A stretch of 64,000 nucleotides of DNA from Dehalococcoidia bacterium (GTDB taxonomy: Bacteria; Chloroflexota; Dehalococcoidia; Lucifugimonadales; QGNO01), in the NCBI GenBank assembly GCA_965261445.1, contig CBDHCW010000010.1:183995-247994 (forward strand). Reading direction: 5' to 3'. A program made the position numbers and the translations under genes. The notes under the pieces were generated by a model. The model saw nothing but the letters and a program-made list of their open reading frames with translations, was not told the origin of the DNA and ran no database searches. Below, in pieces: positions 22,899 to 33,241 of the stretch (its first letter is position 1; each line of letters starts with the position of its first letter).

Positions 22899-23492
22899 CT
22901 ATTCAATCAGGCGGTGGTCCGGGAGGCGTTCATATCGCACCCGGGTGATGTGAACCCGGTCGACTTCCAGGCCGGTCAGCCGCTCCATCACTTCCTTGAC
23001 TCTGCTTTGAATGTCGTCCCGGACTTCGCGCAGGTCCGCCCCCATTTCCAAGCGGGGCTGGCAGGAAATAGTGATGTGGTCGGGCCCCCCCGGCGGCGTC
23101 TTCCGCCGGACGCTGAGCCGGCACCGCAGGTCAACAACGCTCCGGTTGGTCATGCCGGTGTGCTCCACCAGAGTGCGGATGCTTGCCGGGTCAACACTGA
23201 GGCGGCCCAAGTCAGTGGAACTGACAAGGAGGGGTGTCTCCCTTCGCCGGCCTCCGCCCCTGACCTGGAAGGTCAGCAACAACAGCATCAGGCCGATACC
23301 AGCCAAAGCCGCGGCGACGCTTATCGCCTTCCACGGCTGTCCGAGCAGGGCCAGCTCGCGCAACTCCGACTCAAACCAAGCGTTGTATGTCTCTGGCTCG
23401 ATGCCGCCGGTGACGGCAAGAATGGCGACGACAAACAGAGCGATGACCACGATTGCGGCTAATGAGACGAGGAGTCTGTTTATACTGTCCAT
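22899..23492 (-). CDS. alkaline shock response membrane anchor protein AmaP-like
   Basis: Two N-terminal TM segments are followed by an Asp23-like soluble domain. It lies immediately downstream of asp23. Confidence 0.6.
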   Translation of the reverse strand: MDSINRLLVSLAAIVVIALFVVAILAVTGGIEPETYNAWFESELRELALLGQPWKAISVAAALAGIGLMLLLLTFQVRGGGRRRETPLLVSSTDLGRLSVDPASIRTLVEHTGMTNRSVVDLRCRLSVRRKTPPGGPDHITISCQPRLEMGADLREVRDDIQSRVKEVMERLTGLEVDRVHITRVRYERLPDHRLIE

Positions 23493-23537
23493 GTCTGCTT
23501 ATTCCGCGAATTACGGTCTGGCTGCCGTGACCTACTT

Positions 23538-24074
23538 TCACTCAGCCGCGGTCGTGATTTGCCCCACCCGGGCGAACGGGCTGGGGTGGCTGTGAGCGAA
23601 TTCGACAGCGGTGACCGTGATGTTGATTTCCTTGGTTACCAGGCCGCATATATCCAGCACCCGGAGAGACACGCTCTCGCGCATCTGCTGGGCTATGGCT
23701 GGAATCGAGAAGCCGTAGGCCACCTTTATTTCGATGTCAACAATGGCCTCTCGCTGGCCGGACATCACTCCGACGCCCCGGGCCCGCCGCTGCTGGGCGC
23801 CACCCAGCCGTTCAGCGATGAGGCGCCGCACTGAATTGGATCCCAGGTTGGTCACGCCTTCAATCTCCAGAGCGGCGGTCCCTGCGACCGCCTCAACCAC
23901 CTGATCGTCAATAATGGTCTGACCGGCGATTCCCGGCTGAAGAACGATGCTGGCTTCGACCTTACCCACATCCGATGCCACTTCGACGGTTTTCGACGGT
24001 TTGTCGGTTTCTGGTTGCGAAACGATGCCTGTCTCAGCCAAATCGGACTCCGCCATATTTGATTCCAAGCCCAT
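23538..24074 (-). CDS. Asp23/Gls24-family envelope stress protein
   Basis: The sequence GQTIIDDQVVEAVAGTAALEIEGV...REAIVDIEIKVAYGFSIPAIAQQMRESV...VTKEINITVTAV is typical of Asp23. Confidence 0.85.
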   Translation of the reverse strand: MGLESNMAESDLAETGIVSQPETDKPSKTVEVASDVGKVEASIVLQPGIAGQTIIDDQVVEAVAGTAALEIEGVTNLGSNSVRRLIAERLGGAQQRRARGVGVMSGQREAIVDIEIKVAYGFSIPAIAQQMRESVSLRVLDICGLVTKEINITVTAVEFAHSHPSPFARVGQITTAAE

Positions 24075-24077
24075 GAG

Positions 24078-24160
24078 CTACTCCACCCGTCCGAACCGGC
24101 TGGGATCCCCGTGGGCGAAATCAATGCCGCTGACGGCGACGTTGATTTCCTTAGTTGTAA
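24078..24160 (-). pseudogene. Asp23-family gene, C-terminal fragment (split by the IS)
   Basis: It encodes ..TKEINVAVSGIDFAHGDPSRFGRVE*. It joins in frame to 25881-26203 once the IS and one TSD copy are removed. Confidence 0.7.
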
Positions 24161-25880
24161 GCCCGAATCCACCGAAGGAGGGCGTCGGGTTAGCGTCCTG
24201 AAGCGGCAAGAAGGTGCTCCTGTGCTTCTGGGATAATGGTTTTGTAGCAAAAAACCGACCCCGGAAAAGGAGCACCCAATAGATGCTGCCACGCAACCAC
24301 CCCGACCGGATCCAAATCACCTTCGACGACCGCCGCTTGGTGGCCAATGCCGGGCTGCTCCTTCCGGCCACCCTGGCGCGGCACCTCGGCCTGCCCGAAC
24401 TCGTCCGGCAGCGCCTCGACCTGGGCGATGCCCCGGGGCGGGCGAACACGAGCGACAAGATGATGACGCTGGTGGCGTCTGCGCTGGCTGGGGGCGACTG
24501 CATTGACGACGCCGATGTGTTGCGCACCGGGGGGACGGCCTGCACCCTGGGCGGCACGGTCAAGGCGCCATCCACCCTGGGCACCTTCCTGCGCAGCTTC
24601 CGGTGGGGCCACGTCCGTCAACTCGACCGGGTGAGCCGCGAGTTGCTGGCCCGGGCTTGGCAGGCCGGGGCGGGACCCGGCGACGGGCCCCTGACCATTG
24701 ACCTGGACTCCACCATCTGCGAGACCTACGGACTGGCCAAGGAGGGCGCACGCCACCACGGCTATACCGGCAAGCGGGGCTATCACCCGCTGTTGGCCGT
24801 CGCCGCCGGCACCGGCGACGTGCTGATGTCCCGGCTGCGTGAGGGCCGGGCCAACACCGCCCGGGGCGCCGCCCACTTTCTGCGGGAGACGGTGGGGCGG
24901 GTACGCTACGCCGGGGCCAACGGACGACTCACGCTACGGGCCGACAGCGGGTTCTACACTCATGGCGTGGTATCCGTCTGCCGCAAGATGGATGTCCGCT
25001 TCTCCATCACCATCCGCCAGCACAAGAGCCTGCGCAATCTCATCGAGGCGATACCCGAGGATGCCTGGACTCCCATTCCCTACTGGATGGACGGCGCCGC
25101 CGATGTGGCCGAGACCACCTGCACTCCCTTCCAGAGTGAACCTGACGCCGCGCCGGTGCGGCTCATCGTCCGGCGTGTGAAGCCCACGCCCGGTTCCCAG
25201 TTGGCCCTCTTCGCCAAATACAGCTATCACGGCTTCATCACCGACCGGGACGGGGAGTTGCTCGAACTGGAGGCTGACCATCGCCGCCACGCCGAGATCG
25301 AGAATGCCATACGCGACCTCAAGTACGGCGTCGGGCTGAACCATCTCCCCTCGGGCCGCTTCGCCGCCAACGGCGCCTGGCTGGCGGTACAGGTGATGGC
25401 CCACAACCTGGCCCGCTGGACGGCGCGGATCGGTCTGGGAGAGCGGATCGCCACCACCAAGACCCTCCGGCGGCGGTTCTTCTCCCTGGCCGGACGGCTC
25501 ACCCGCTCGGCACGCCGGTTGACCCTGCATCTTCCGGATCGCTGGCCTTGGGCTGAGAAGTTCAGCCGCGCCTTGGCCCGGCTGCGAGCCATTCCACTCC
25601 CGGCCTGACGGCACCGTCGGCGACCGACCCACCCACCGGACAACCGAAGATCCCCGCAGACTCGCGCCAGCCCGGTCCGAGAGAGTTCCCTGCTGCGTAT
25701 TCTCTCGCCATCCCGCGCATCGCAGCTCCTGCAGACGGCCATAGGGGCCCCTGTGCGGCGATGAAGACCGTCCGCCGACCTCCCTACCCCAAATGGAACC
25801 CAGGCTATTTCCCCTGTAGCTCCCTCATCCCCCTTCCGCTTTCCTCACGCCGTCCATCGGTGTCCTTCGGTGGATTCGGG
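24161..25880 (+). mobile_element. IS1380-family insertion sequence
   Basis: Perfect 18-bp terminal inverted repeats (CCCGAATCCACCGAAGGA) lie at 24161-24178 and 25863-25880. The 5-bp target duplication GTAAG is at 24156-24160 and 25881-25885. It contains a single transposase ORF. Confidence 0.85.
24283..25608 (+). CDS. IS1380-family DDE transposase
   Basis: It is 441 aa. The N-terminus FDDRRLVANAGLLLPATLARHLGL and the overall pattern match my recollection of IS1380-type transposases. Confidence 0.85.
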   Translation: MLPRNHPDRIQITFDDRRLVANAGLLLPATLARHLGLPELVRQRLDLGDAPGRANTSDKMMTLVASALAGGDCIDDADVLRTGGTACTLGGTVKAPSTLGTFLRSFRWGHVRQLDRVSRELLARAWQAGAGPGDGPLTIDLDSTICETYGLAKEGARHHGYTGKRGYHPLLAVAAGTGDVLMSRLREGRANTARGAAHFLRETVGRVRYAGANGRLTLRADSGFYTHGVVSVCRKMDVRFSITIRQHKSLRNLIEAIPEDAWTPIPYWMDGAADVAETTCTPFQSEPDAAPVRLIVRRVKPTPGSQLALFAKYSYHGFITDRDGELLELEADHRRHAEIENAIRDLKYGVGLNHLPSGRFAANGAWLAVQVMAHNLARWTARIGLGERIATTKTLRRRFFSLAGRLTRSARRLTLHLPDRWPWAEKFSRALARLRAIPLPA

Positions 25881-26203
25881 GTAAGGCCGCACATATCCGA
25901 GATACGCAAGGACACGTTCTCGCGCACCTGACTCACGACGTCCGGGATGGAGTACCCGTAGAACACGTTCAACTCGATGTCGATGATGGCCTCTCGTCGA
26001 CCGGACACGACTCCTATGCCCCGTGCCCGCTGTCCAGAGCCGCCCAAGCGTTCGGAAAGGATGCGGCGTACTGAACCTGAGCCCAGGCTGGACACTCCCT
26101 CAACCTCTCGAGCAGCGGTGTTTGCGATAGCGCCAATCACCTGATCGTCAATAATGGTCTGACCGACAATTCCCACTTGCGGAGTAGTGTTTTTCGATGT
26201 CAT
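25881..26203 (-). pseudogene. Asp23-family gene, N-terminal fragment (split by the IS)
   Basis: The sequence GQTIIDDQVIGAIANTAAREVEGV...REAIIDIELNVFYGYSIPDVVSQVRENV is Asp23-like. The reading frame runs into the IS end (ORF track 25805-26203). Confidence 0.75.
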
Positions 26204-26498
26204 CTTTCCCTCTTCTCAAATAAACAGATTTGCATTTCCAACTTGTAAAGCTACGAATGATCCGTCACCTTTCTCAGACGCCCGAGGGGCGGCCGTACCG
26301 GTTGCGCCTACATCATTGTGCACAATACAAAGGGGAATACGGGAAGTTGTCTTTGGTATTACGTTCTCGTAATATATCGTAGATTACAGTATGAGACAAT
26401 AAGGGTCAACTATGGTGGGGTTGTTGTGCGTATGTCAGTCACAAAGGGAAGTACGCTAATGGTCGCCGAGAGACATCAGGAACACGTCTACTCGATGC

Positions 26499-26618
26499 GT
26501 CTTTCTCCCTAGAACAGTGTGATGAAGGTGGAGACTATGATAGCCCTGTAGGGAGCTGTAGTCGAGGGAGAGGGTTCATCCGTGCTGCTGAAGAGAGGTG
26601 GGGCGCTATGCAGCTACA
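26499..26618. repeat. direct repeat, copy 2, abutting the argS stop codon
   Basis: See 22301-22421. Its last 5 nt are the stop codon plus 2 nt of argS. Confidence 0.85.
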
Positions 26619-28288
26619 TCTGCTCCGGTGCGGACATTCCCATTATGGATAAGCAGCGGGCTAACACGATGCGGCAGGCCTCGACGAGCTTGAGCCTGGC
26701 GAGGGTGAGGGGCAGTTCCTCCGGCGCTTCCGAGACGACGCGGCACTGCTGGTAGAACCAGTGGAATGCCGTGGCCAGTTCCGTGGCGTAGCGTGGAAGG
26801 TGGTGCGGCTCCAGGCTTTCAGCCATGTGCTGCACCAGCTCAGGCAGGACCACCATCTTCTTGATCAACGCCGTCTCCGCCTCGTGGCTCAGCAGACTGA
26901 CGTCGCCTGAAGCGTGGTCAAGGTTTCGCTCTTTGGCCAGGGCCATTATACCGGCGATGCGGGCGTGGGCGTACTGCACGTAGTAGACCGGGTTGTCCGC
27001 AGACTCCTTCTTCGCCAGCTCCAAGTCGAAGTCCATCTGGCTTTCAGGGGTGCGTGAGAGAAAGAAGAAGCGGCAGGCGTCGGAGCCTGCTTCCTCTATG
27101 AGCTCGCGCAGGGTGACGATCTCGCCGGAGCGCTTGGAGGCGCGCACCGTTTCTTCGCCTCGCTTCAGCGTGACAAGCTGGCTGACTATGATGGTCAGCC
27201 GGGCAGGGTCGATGCCCAGAGCGGAAACCGCCGCCTTCATGCGCGAGATGTGGCCTTGATGGTCGGCGCCCCAAATATTTATGACGCGGTCGAAGCCGCG
27301 CTCGATGAACTTGTTCCTGTGGTAAGCAACGTCCAGTGCAAAGTATGTGGGCTCACCGGTGGAGCGGATGAGGACGTTGTCCTTCTCCTCGCCCAGGCTG
27401 GTAGAGGTGAACCAGGTGGCGCCCTCGCGGTCTGCCAGGTATCCGTTGCTTTCCAGGTCTTTCAGAGTGACGGCAGGTTCTCCCTTCTGGCGAAGCTCGC
27501 TATTTTCGCTGAACCAGACGTCAAAGGTTACCTGGACGTCCTCCAGGTCAGTGCGGATGATGGCCAGCATCTTCTCCAGGGCCAATCGTGCCTATCTCAG
27601 CCTCGGCCCTGTCAGCGGGCAAGTCCAGGAAGCGTTCCCCGTGTTCGGTGGCCACTTCCATGGCGAGGTCGTTCATGTATTCGCCCATGTAGCCGCTTTC
27701 GGGCATTTCGGCGTCCCTGCCCATCTGCTGCAGGTAGCGCACGAGGAGAGAGCGGTAGAAGGTGTCCATCTGCGTACCGGCGTCGTTGATGTAATACTCT
27801 GTGGAAACGTCGTAGCCGGCGGCGGCCAGGATGCTGGCCAGGCCGCTGCCGAGCACGGCGGTGCGGGCGTGCCCTACGTGCAGCGGTCCGGTGGGGTTGA
27901 CGCTGGCGAACTCCACCTGGATGCGCTCCCTGGTCCGGCGTTGCAGATTGCCGTAGGTCTCGCTGGCCTGGAGTATCTCCTCCACCTGTTGTTGCAGCCA
28001 GGCCTGCTTCACCACGAAGTTGATGAAGCCGGGAGCGGCGGCGCGCACCTCCTGGATGGAGTCGTCGGGGGGAGTGAGGGGAACCAGGCGCTCTGCGATG
28101 GCCATGGGGCTCATGCGTGCGGCGCGCGCCAAACGCAGGGGCAGGCTGATGGCAAAGTCGCCGTGCTCCGGGTTCTGGGGCCGCTCCACCTCTATCTCAG
28201 GAGTGGGCCCGGCGGGCAGAGCGCCGCTCTGCTGTGCGGCCTCCACCGCCTGCGCGGCAAGCTGGGCTATGCGGTCTTTGAGCAGCAT
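26614..28288 (-). pseudogene. argS: arginine--tRNA ligase, one frameshift as sequenced
   Basis: The two pieces (27548-28288 and 26614-27585) are in different frames. The junction ..AEAEIGTI|[16 protein letters not shown] is restored by removing one base in the GGG/CC run at 27579-27583. The class I motif is PTGPLHVGHARTAVLG. Confidence 0.9.
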
Positions 28289-28336
28289 TATGCTCTAAAT
28301 GATACCACGATAGGCCCAATGCGGTTGGTAAGCAAC
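28151..28336. repeat. argS 5' end plus 48 nt upstream (parent of a degenerate duplicate)
   Basis: It aligns to 28541-28656, apart from an internal ~70-nt segment that the copy lacks. Confidence 0.7.
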
Positions 28337-28540
28337 TGAGAGGTGGAAGAATTGTTTCAAACGTTATGTTTAGTACAGGCACGGGGAAACAGAAAATATG
28401 GGAAACAAATCCGACTTCCGTCAAAGTTGGCGCGCTTTTCGTCGCGAGGGCGAGAACGGGGGTTGTGGGTGGGCCGTGTTTCATGGGACCGATGATAGAG
28501 AGAAGGCGGCCAATGGGAAAGGGGGACGTGGCAGGCCCAC

Positions 28541-28656
28541 GGCGAAGTCGCGGTGCTCCGGGTTCTGGGGCCGTACGGCAAGCTGAGCTATGCGGTCTGA
28601 GCAGCGTGATGCTCTAAGTGATACCACGATGGAGGCTCAATAAGGTTGGTAAATCC
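28541..28656. repeat. degenerate partial duplicate of the argS 5' end and upstream region
   Basis: ggcgaagtcgcggtgctccgggttctggggccg, and then ..gctatgcggtctgagcagcgtgatgctctaagtgataccacgat.., match 28151-28183 and 28254-28336. Confidence 0.7.
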
Positions 28657-28725
28657 AGAATCAGGCGTTCTACTAGGATGACTTTGACGGGGACAGAAGG
28701 GAAGTGGCTTATGAGCGACTTCGTT

Positions 28726-28947
28726 TCATTTGGGAAGTTCTAGCCTAAGAATCTCAGTGTCGTCGTAATCTGGATGGCTCATATCGCTGCGGAGTTGACG
28801 CAGATACTTCTTAGCCGTTTTGTAATTCCAGAACAATTCTACACTGTCCAGTACACCGCTCTGTACATAGGCCACGGCATAGCAATATTGATGCCGCCTA
28901 GCAGGCTTCCCTACCGTTTTGTTGAGGCTGCCGTTTTCAGATACCAT
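28726..28947 (-). CDS. hypothetical small protein
   Basis: It is a 73-aa ORF immediately downstream of the nuclease-like gene. The segment ELFWNYKTAKKYLRQLR faintly resembles VFTYRTGAYIAVRRLRQ of the ORF at 19578-19748. Confidence 0.35.
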   Translation of the reverse strand: MVSENGSLNKTVGKPARRHQYCYAVAYVQSGVLDSVELFWNYKTAKKYLRQLRSDMSHPDYDDTEILRLELPK

Positions 28948-29827
28948 CTATACGCATCTCCGTACTCTAGGAATGTGCATAATTTATTCAGACCACTATA
29001 GCGAAACGTAGGTCGCGATACTTGTTTGCGAACAAGGGTCGTCTGGATTGATCTGCAACCGACTACGTACTGAGGTCGCAAAGTAGGGTTGTCCAAATAC
29101 ACGTCATTGAACCTTAACAGGGCTGAATAGATAGGAGTAGAATGCTCTACTTCATACAGTGCTTGAATCTGAGAAGCACCGTGTTGTATCCAAACCACAT
29201 CTACCTCTCTCAGAATGTCCTCTACCGAGAGGTAAGTGTCTGGCAATGAATTGCGAATGTAAGAAGTCGCAACTTTGGAGCTATCTAATCCTTCGCGGTC
29301 ATGCGGTGGAATCCACAAATCGTATCCTTTTAGTTGGCCAATGCCGGCTAGTATACTTTGTATCTGAGAATGGGATAAATCTGCGGGAACATCTCCTCCA
29401 ATTTGTCTATTTGCTCTGTGAGCCGCTCCCATCCTGTGTGTGCATTTACGCTAAATCGCCCAACTTTGGCAACATAGAGCTCTATTTGATCATTTCTGAA
29501 AAACAGCATGACTTTGTACTGACCGTCATTCGCAGGCTGGGTTGAACCAAAGAGTTCTTGATAGTCCTCATATGGTATCGATAAAGGCTCCTCCTGATCC
29601 TCCCACAAGAAGCATATCACCGAGTTGCGGCCATCAAGCAGCCTTAGGTCCTCCTGACGCAACCCGTAAAAGGCTTCTCCGCGTTCATGAATCCGTGAGT
29701 AGCGAACGTATATTCGTGCCCTACCTTCGCCCAAATCGTAAAGCGACTGAGTTCGCGGCAGCTTTTGAAGCCTGCCGAATCTCTGCTCCATTGTCTGGAG
29801 GAATTGAGTTTTTACGTTGTTTGGCAT
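28911..29827 (-). pseudogene. two-domain protein with PD-(D/E)xK-like C-terminal domain, one frameshift as sequenced
   Basis: The N-terminal piece (29348-29827, MPNNVKTQF...) and the C-terminal piece (28911-29432) overlap in different frames. The C-terminal domain has [25 protein letters not shown]...DVVWI...ALYEVEHS, resembling a restriction-endonuclease-like core. The region is A/T-rich. Confidence 0.45.
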
Positions 29828-29886
29828 TAGGCTTGATCTATACGCAATTGAATCTGACGGGATTGTACAACAGAAGACACGACCCC

Positions 29887-32357
29887 CTACCCTGCTTCTC
29901 CGCCACCGGCAAACGTCGATTGAGCCAGGGATTGCCTCAATTCGGGATGTGGGAAAGGGTGGGGTCGCGGTCAAGCAGGGTCTCCGCTTCCTGGCGGGCC
30001 AGCGACAGTAGGTCGGTGTCACCGAGGCGGCCATGCGCAGGTCGGGCAGGCCGCTCTGCCGCGTGCCGAAGTAGTCGCCCGGGCCCCGCAGCTCTAGGTC
30101 TTTCTCAGCCAGCTCGAAACCGTCGTCCATCTCTTCCATGGCGGCAAGACGCTCCTTGGCGTCTTCCGACGGCAATTCGGCGACAAGGACGCAGTAGCTG
30201 GCGTGCTCGCCGCGGCCCACGCGGCCGCGGAACTGGTGCAACTGGGCAAGCCCGAACCTGTCCGCGCCCTCTATGACCATGACGGTGGCATTGGGCACGT
30301 CTATGCCCACCTCCACTACCGGCGTGGGAGACGAGAATATCCAGGCTGCCATTACGAAAGGCGTCCATCACCTCTTTCTTCTCGCCGGTGGACATTCGGC
30401 CGTGAAGCAGACCCACTCGCAGGTCGGGGAAGACCTCTCTGTCAAGACGGTCGCGCTCCTTCACCGCGGCACGGGGCGTTGATAGCCTCCGATTCATCGA
30501 TCAGCGGGTAAATGAAGAAGACCTGCCTTCCTGAAGCAATCTCCTTTCGCACAAAATCGTAGACCGAGCTGCGGCGCTCCGGGCCGACGGCCTTGGTCTT
30601 TATGGGCTGCCTGCCCGGCGGCAGCTCGTCGATGGTAGAGAGGTCAAGGTCGCCGTACAGGGTGAGGGCAAGAGTGCGTGAATGGGAGTGGCCGACATGA
30701 CGAGCATGTGCGGCCTCTGTCCGCGCTCCCGCAGAGCGGCGCGCTGCATCACCCCGAAGCGGTGCTGCTCATCCACCACGGCGAGCGCCAGGTTTGGGAT
30801 CTCCACGTTCTCCTGGATGACGGCATGCGTTCCGATGACGACATCCAGTGCGCCTTCGGCAAGCATCCGGTGAATCTCGCGTTTGGCACTGGCCGGTGTG
30901 CTGCCCAGGAGCAGACCAACAGTGATGGGCCGGGGATAGGGATCAAGATACACCGAGAGCAGATGCCCGCTGATGGTAGGCGTGGCCAACCCCTCCAGCA
31001 AGCGGCCCACCGTGAGGAAGTGCTGCTCGGCAAGGACCTCGGTAGGGGCCATGATAGCGCCCTGGAAGCCGCAGGCAGCGGCGGTTAGCAAGGCAGCCAG
31101 GGCAATCACGGTCTTGCCGCTGCCCACCTCGCCCTGGAGGAGACGGCTCATGGGACGTTTGTCCCGCGCCATGTCGGTTATCACCTCGTTCAGCACGCGC
31201 TTCTGGGCGCCGGTAAGCGTGAAGGGCAGCGAGTCCAGGAAGATGTCCATGACCCCGTGAGGCGGAGATAGAGGTACCGCTACTTCCACCAAATCCGATT
31301 TCCTGCGGACGGAGAGGACGCCAAGCTGGAGCATGAACAGCTCCTCAAAGGCGATACGGCGGCGTGCCGCTTCATAAGAGCCGGAGTCATCCGGATAGTG
31401 GGCTTGCCACAAGGCGCTTTCCAGGCGAAGAAAGCCATTGCGTTCCCGGAGCTCGATGGGGAGGCTGTCCTTTACTGAAGAGGCTGCCCGGCCCATGGCT
31501 TCTCGCACTATCTTGCGCATGGACTGCTGTGTGATGCCTTCGCTCAGAGGGTAGACGGGAAGAGGCGTCCATGCTCGGTTAGCTTTTCCAGGCTTTCACC
31601 GGCATTCACCATCTCCAAATGTGGCGCGTTCATGCTGCGGCGTCCGTTGAAAACGGTCACCCTCCCGCTCAATATATATCTGGCGCCACTCTTTAGATTC
31701 TTTGCCATGTAAGGCTGATTGAACCAGACAACATGGATAGTGCCTGTTTCATCTACGAAGTCAGCTTCCACAATTTTGCGGGGATGCCCTCGGCGAGGTT
31801 GGGAAGGTGATGTCCACAGACTAGCCACCACCGACTGCTCCTCATTGATTTGAAGTTCGGCTATCTTCACGACGCGGTTGTGCCGTCTTGGAAACAGATG
31901 CAGGATGTCGCCAACCGTCTTCAAGCCAAGGCGCTTCAGAGGCGCGGATACCCGGGACGTAACGCTGCGCAGCACAGATGCCGGAAGGTCCACAGACAAT
32001 GACTTGGCGACGGGCTCAGGTCCCTTTGGTGCGGGGCTTGGCGGCAGGAGTTGCTTCCGCAGAGGCTTCAACACCCAAAGCCGAAAGAGAGGAGAGCACC
32101 CAGCGGGAACGCTCCTTCTGAGACATGGCGTCGTAGGAGACCGGGAACAGGTTTTCGGCGCGGAGAGGCTGGGCTTCGCTCTCCCCGTTGCCAGAGGCTT
32201 GCCACTGTTCAAGGAACCCATCCAAGCCGCCGTAAACGGACTTGTTGTCGTAGCCGCGCTGCTGTTCCAGCTTCAGCACCGCTATGAAGGCCTTAAGCCG
32301 GGCGCCGTTGCCTGATTTCCGGCTTCTAGTCTTAGAAGGCGTGGCAGGCTCCTTCAC
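29887..32357 (-). pseudogene. recG: ATP-dependent DNA helicase RecG, at least 7 frame changes as sequenced
   Basis: Consecutive RecG segments lie in different frames (ORFs 32016-32357, 31544-32221, 30600-31520, 30105-30497 and 29348-30352). The motifs are TGAQKRV, LLQGEVGSGKT, DEQHRFGV, MSATPI and [12 protein letters not shown]. The C-terminus [23 protein letters not shown] is readable only after further shifts. Confidence 0.85.
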
Positions 32358-32373
32358 GGGAACGTTTGTCTCC

Positions 32374-33225
32374 TCAGGACGCCTGGGGGGTCTTTTCCGA
32401 CTGCACCACTATGCCAATGACGCCAGGCCCTGCGTGCGTGCCAACTACGGGGCCAATACGGCCCTGTAATACCTGGCCATCCGCAACGAGAGGCCTGATC
32501 CGTTCAGCCAGCGCCTCAGCCTCTTCGTCGGTGCTGCTGTGCATCACCGCCGCCTGCTTGAGTGGCGCTCTCTCTTCCGCCAGGGTGACCATGTACTGGA
32601 TACCGTATGACCTGCTGCGCACGGAGGTTTCGGACTGAACGATGCCGTCCCGTACGGTGATAATGGGCCTCACTTTGAGGAGAGTGCCGATGAATCCCCG
32701 CACCATGCCGATGCGACCGCCCTTGCGGAGATACTCCAAGGTGTCCAGCAAGCCGAAAAGCTGCACCTCATCTACGGCGCGATTGGCTTCTTCCAAGACG
32801 GCTTCATACGAAGCGCCCTGTTGAACAGCTTTGGCCGCGGCCATGGCCACCAACCCAGTCCCGAGGGCGGCCTGCTTGGAATCAATGATCTCTATGTTTG
32901 CGCCTTCCATCTGCTCCTTGGCCTGCCTGGCGGAGTTCAACGTGCCGCTGAGCTTATCCGAGATGTGGATGGATACCACCTGGTGCCCGGCCTCCGCCAG
33001 AGAGCCGTAGACCTCCATGAACTTGCCAGGCGAGGGCTGAGAAGTGGTCGGCAGTTGTCGCGCGGCGGCAAGCCTTTGGAAGAACTCGTCAGGGAGGATG
33101 TCTACACCGTCCAGGAAGGTCTCCTCTCCAAAATGAACGTTGAGAGGGACCACGGTGATGCCCAGCTGCTCGGCTACTTCAGCCGGCAGGTCGGCGGTGC
33201 TGTCAGTGACTATTCTAATGGCCAT
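32374..33225 (-). CDS. DegV-family fatty-acid-binding protein
   Basis: IRIVTDSTADLP at the N-terminus and the overall DegV pattern support the call. Confidence 0.9.
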   Translation of the reverse strand: MAIRIVTDSTADLPAEVAEQLGITVVPLNVHFGEETFLDGVDILPDEFFQRLAAARQLPTTSQPSPGKFMEVYGSLAEAGHQVVSIHISDKLSGTLNSARQAKEQMEGANIEIIDSKQAALGTGLVAMAAAKAVQQGASYEAVLEEANRAVDEVQLFGLLDTLEYLRKGGRIGMVRGFIGTLLKVRPIITVRDGIVQSETSVRSRSYGIQYMVTLAEERAPLKQAAVMHSSTDEEAEALAERIRPLVADGQVLQGRIGPVVGTHAGPGVIGIVVQSEKTPQAS

Positions 33226-33241
33226 AATAAGTTACCGTTCC

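Noticed and set aside
24078-24876. Minus-strand ORFs 24078-24584 and 24190-24876 crossing the IS end.
   Set aside because: They are antisense to the transposase. Only the last ~28 codons of 24078-24584 are real, being the displaced Asp23 C-terminus. The rest is read-through into the IS.
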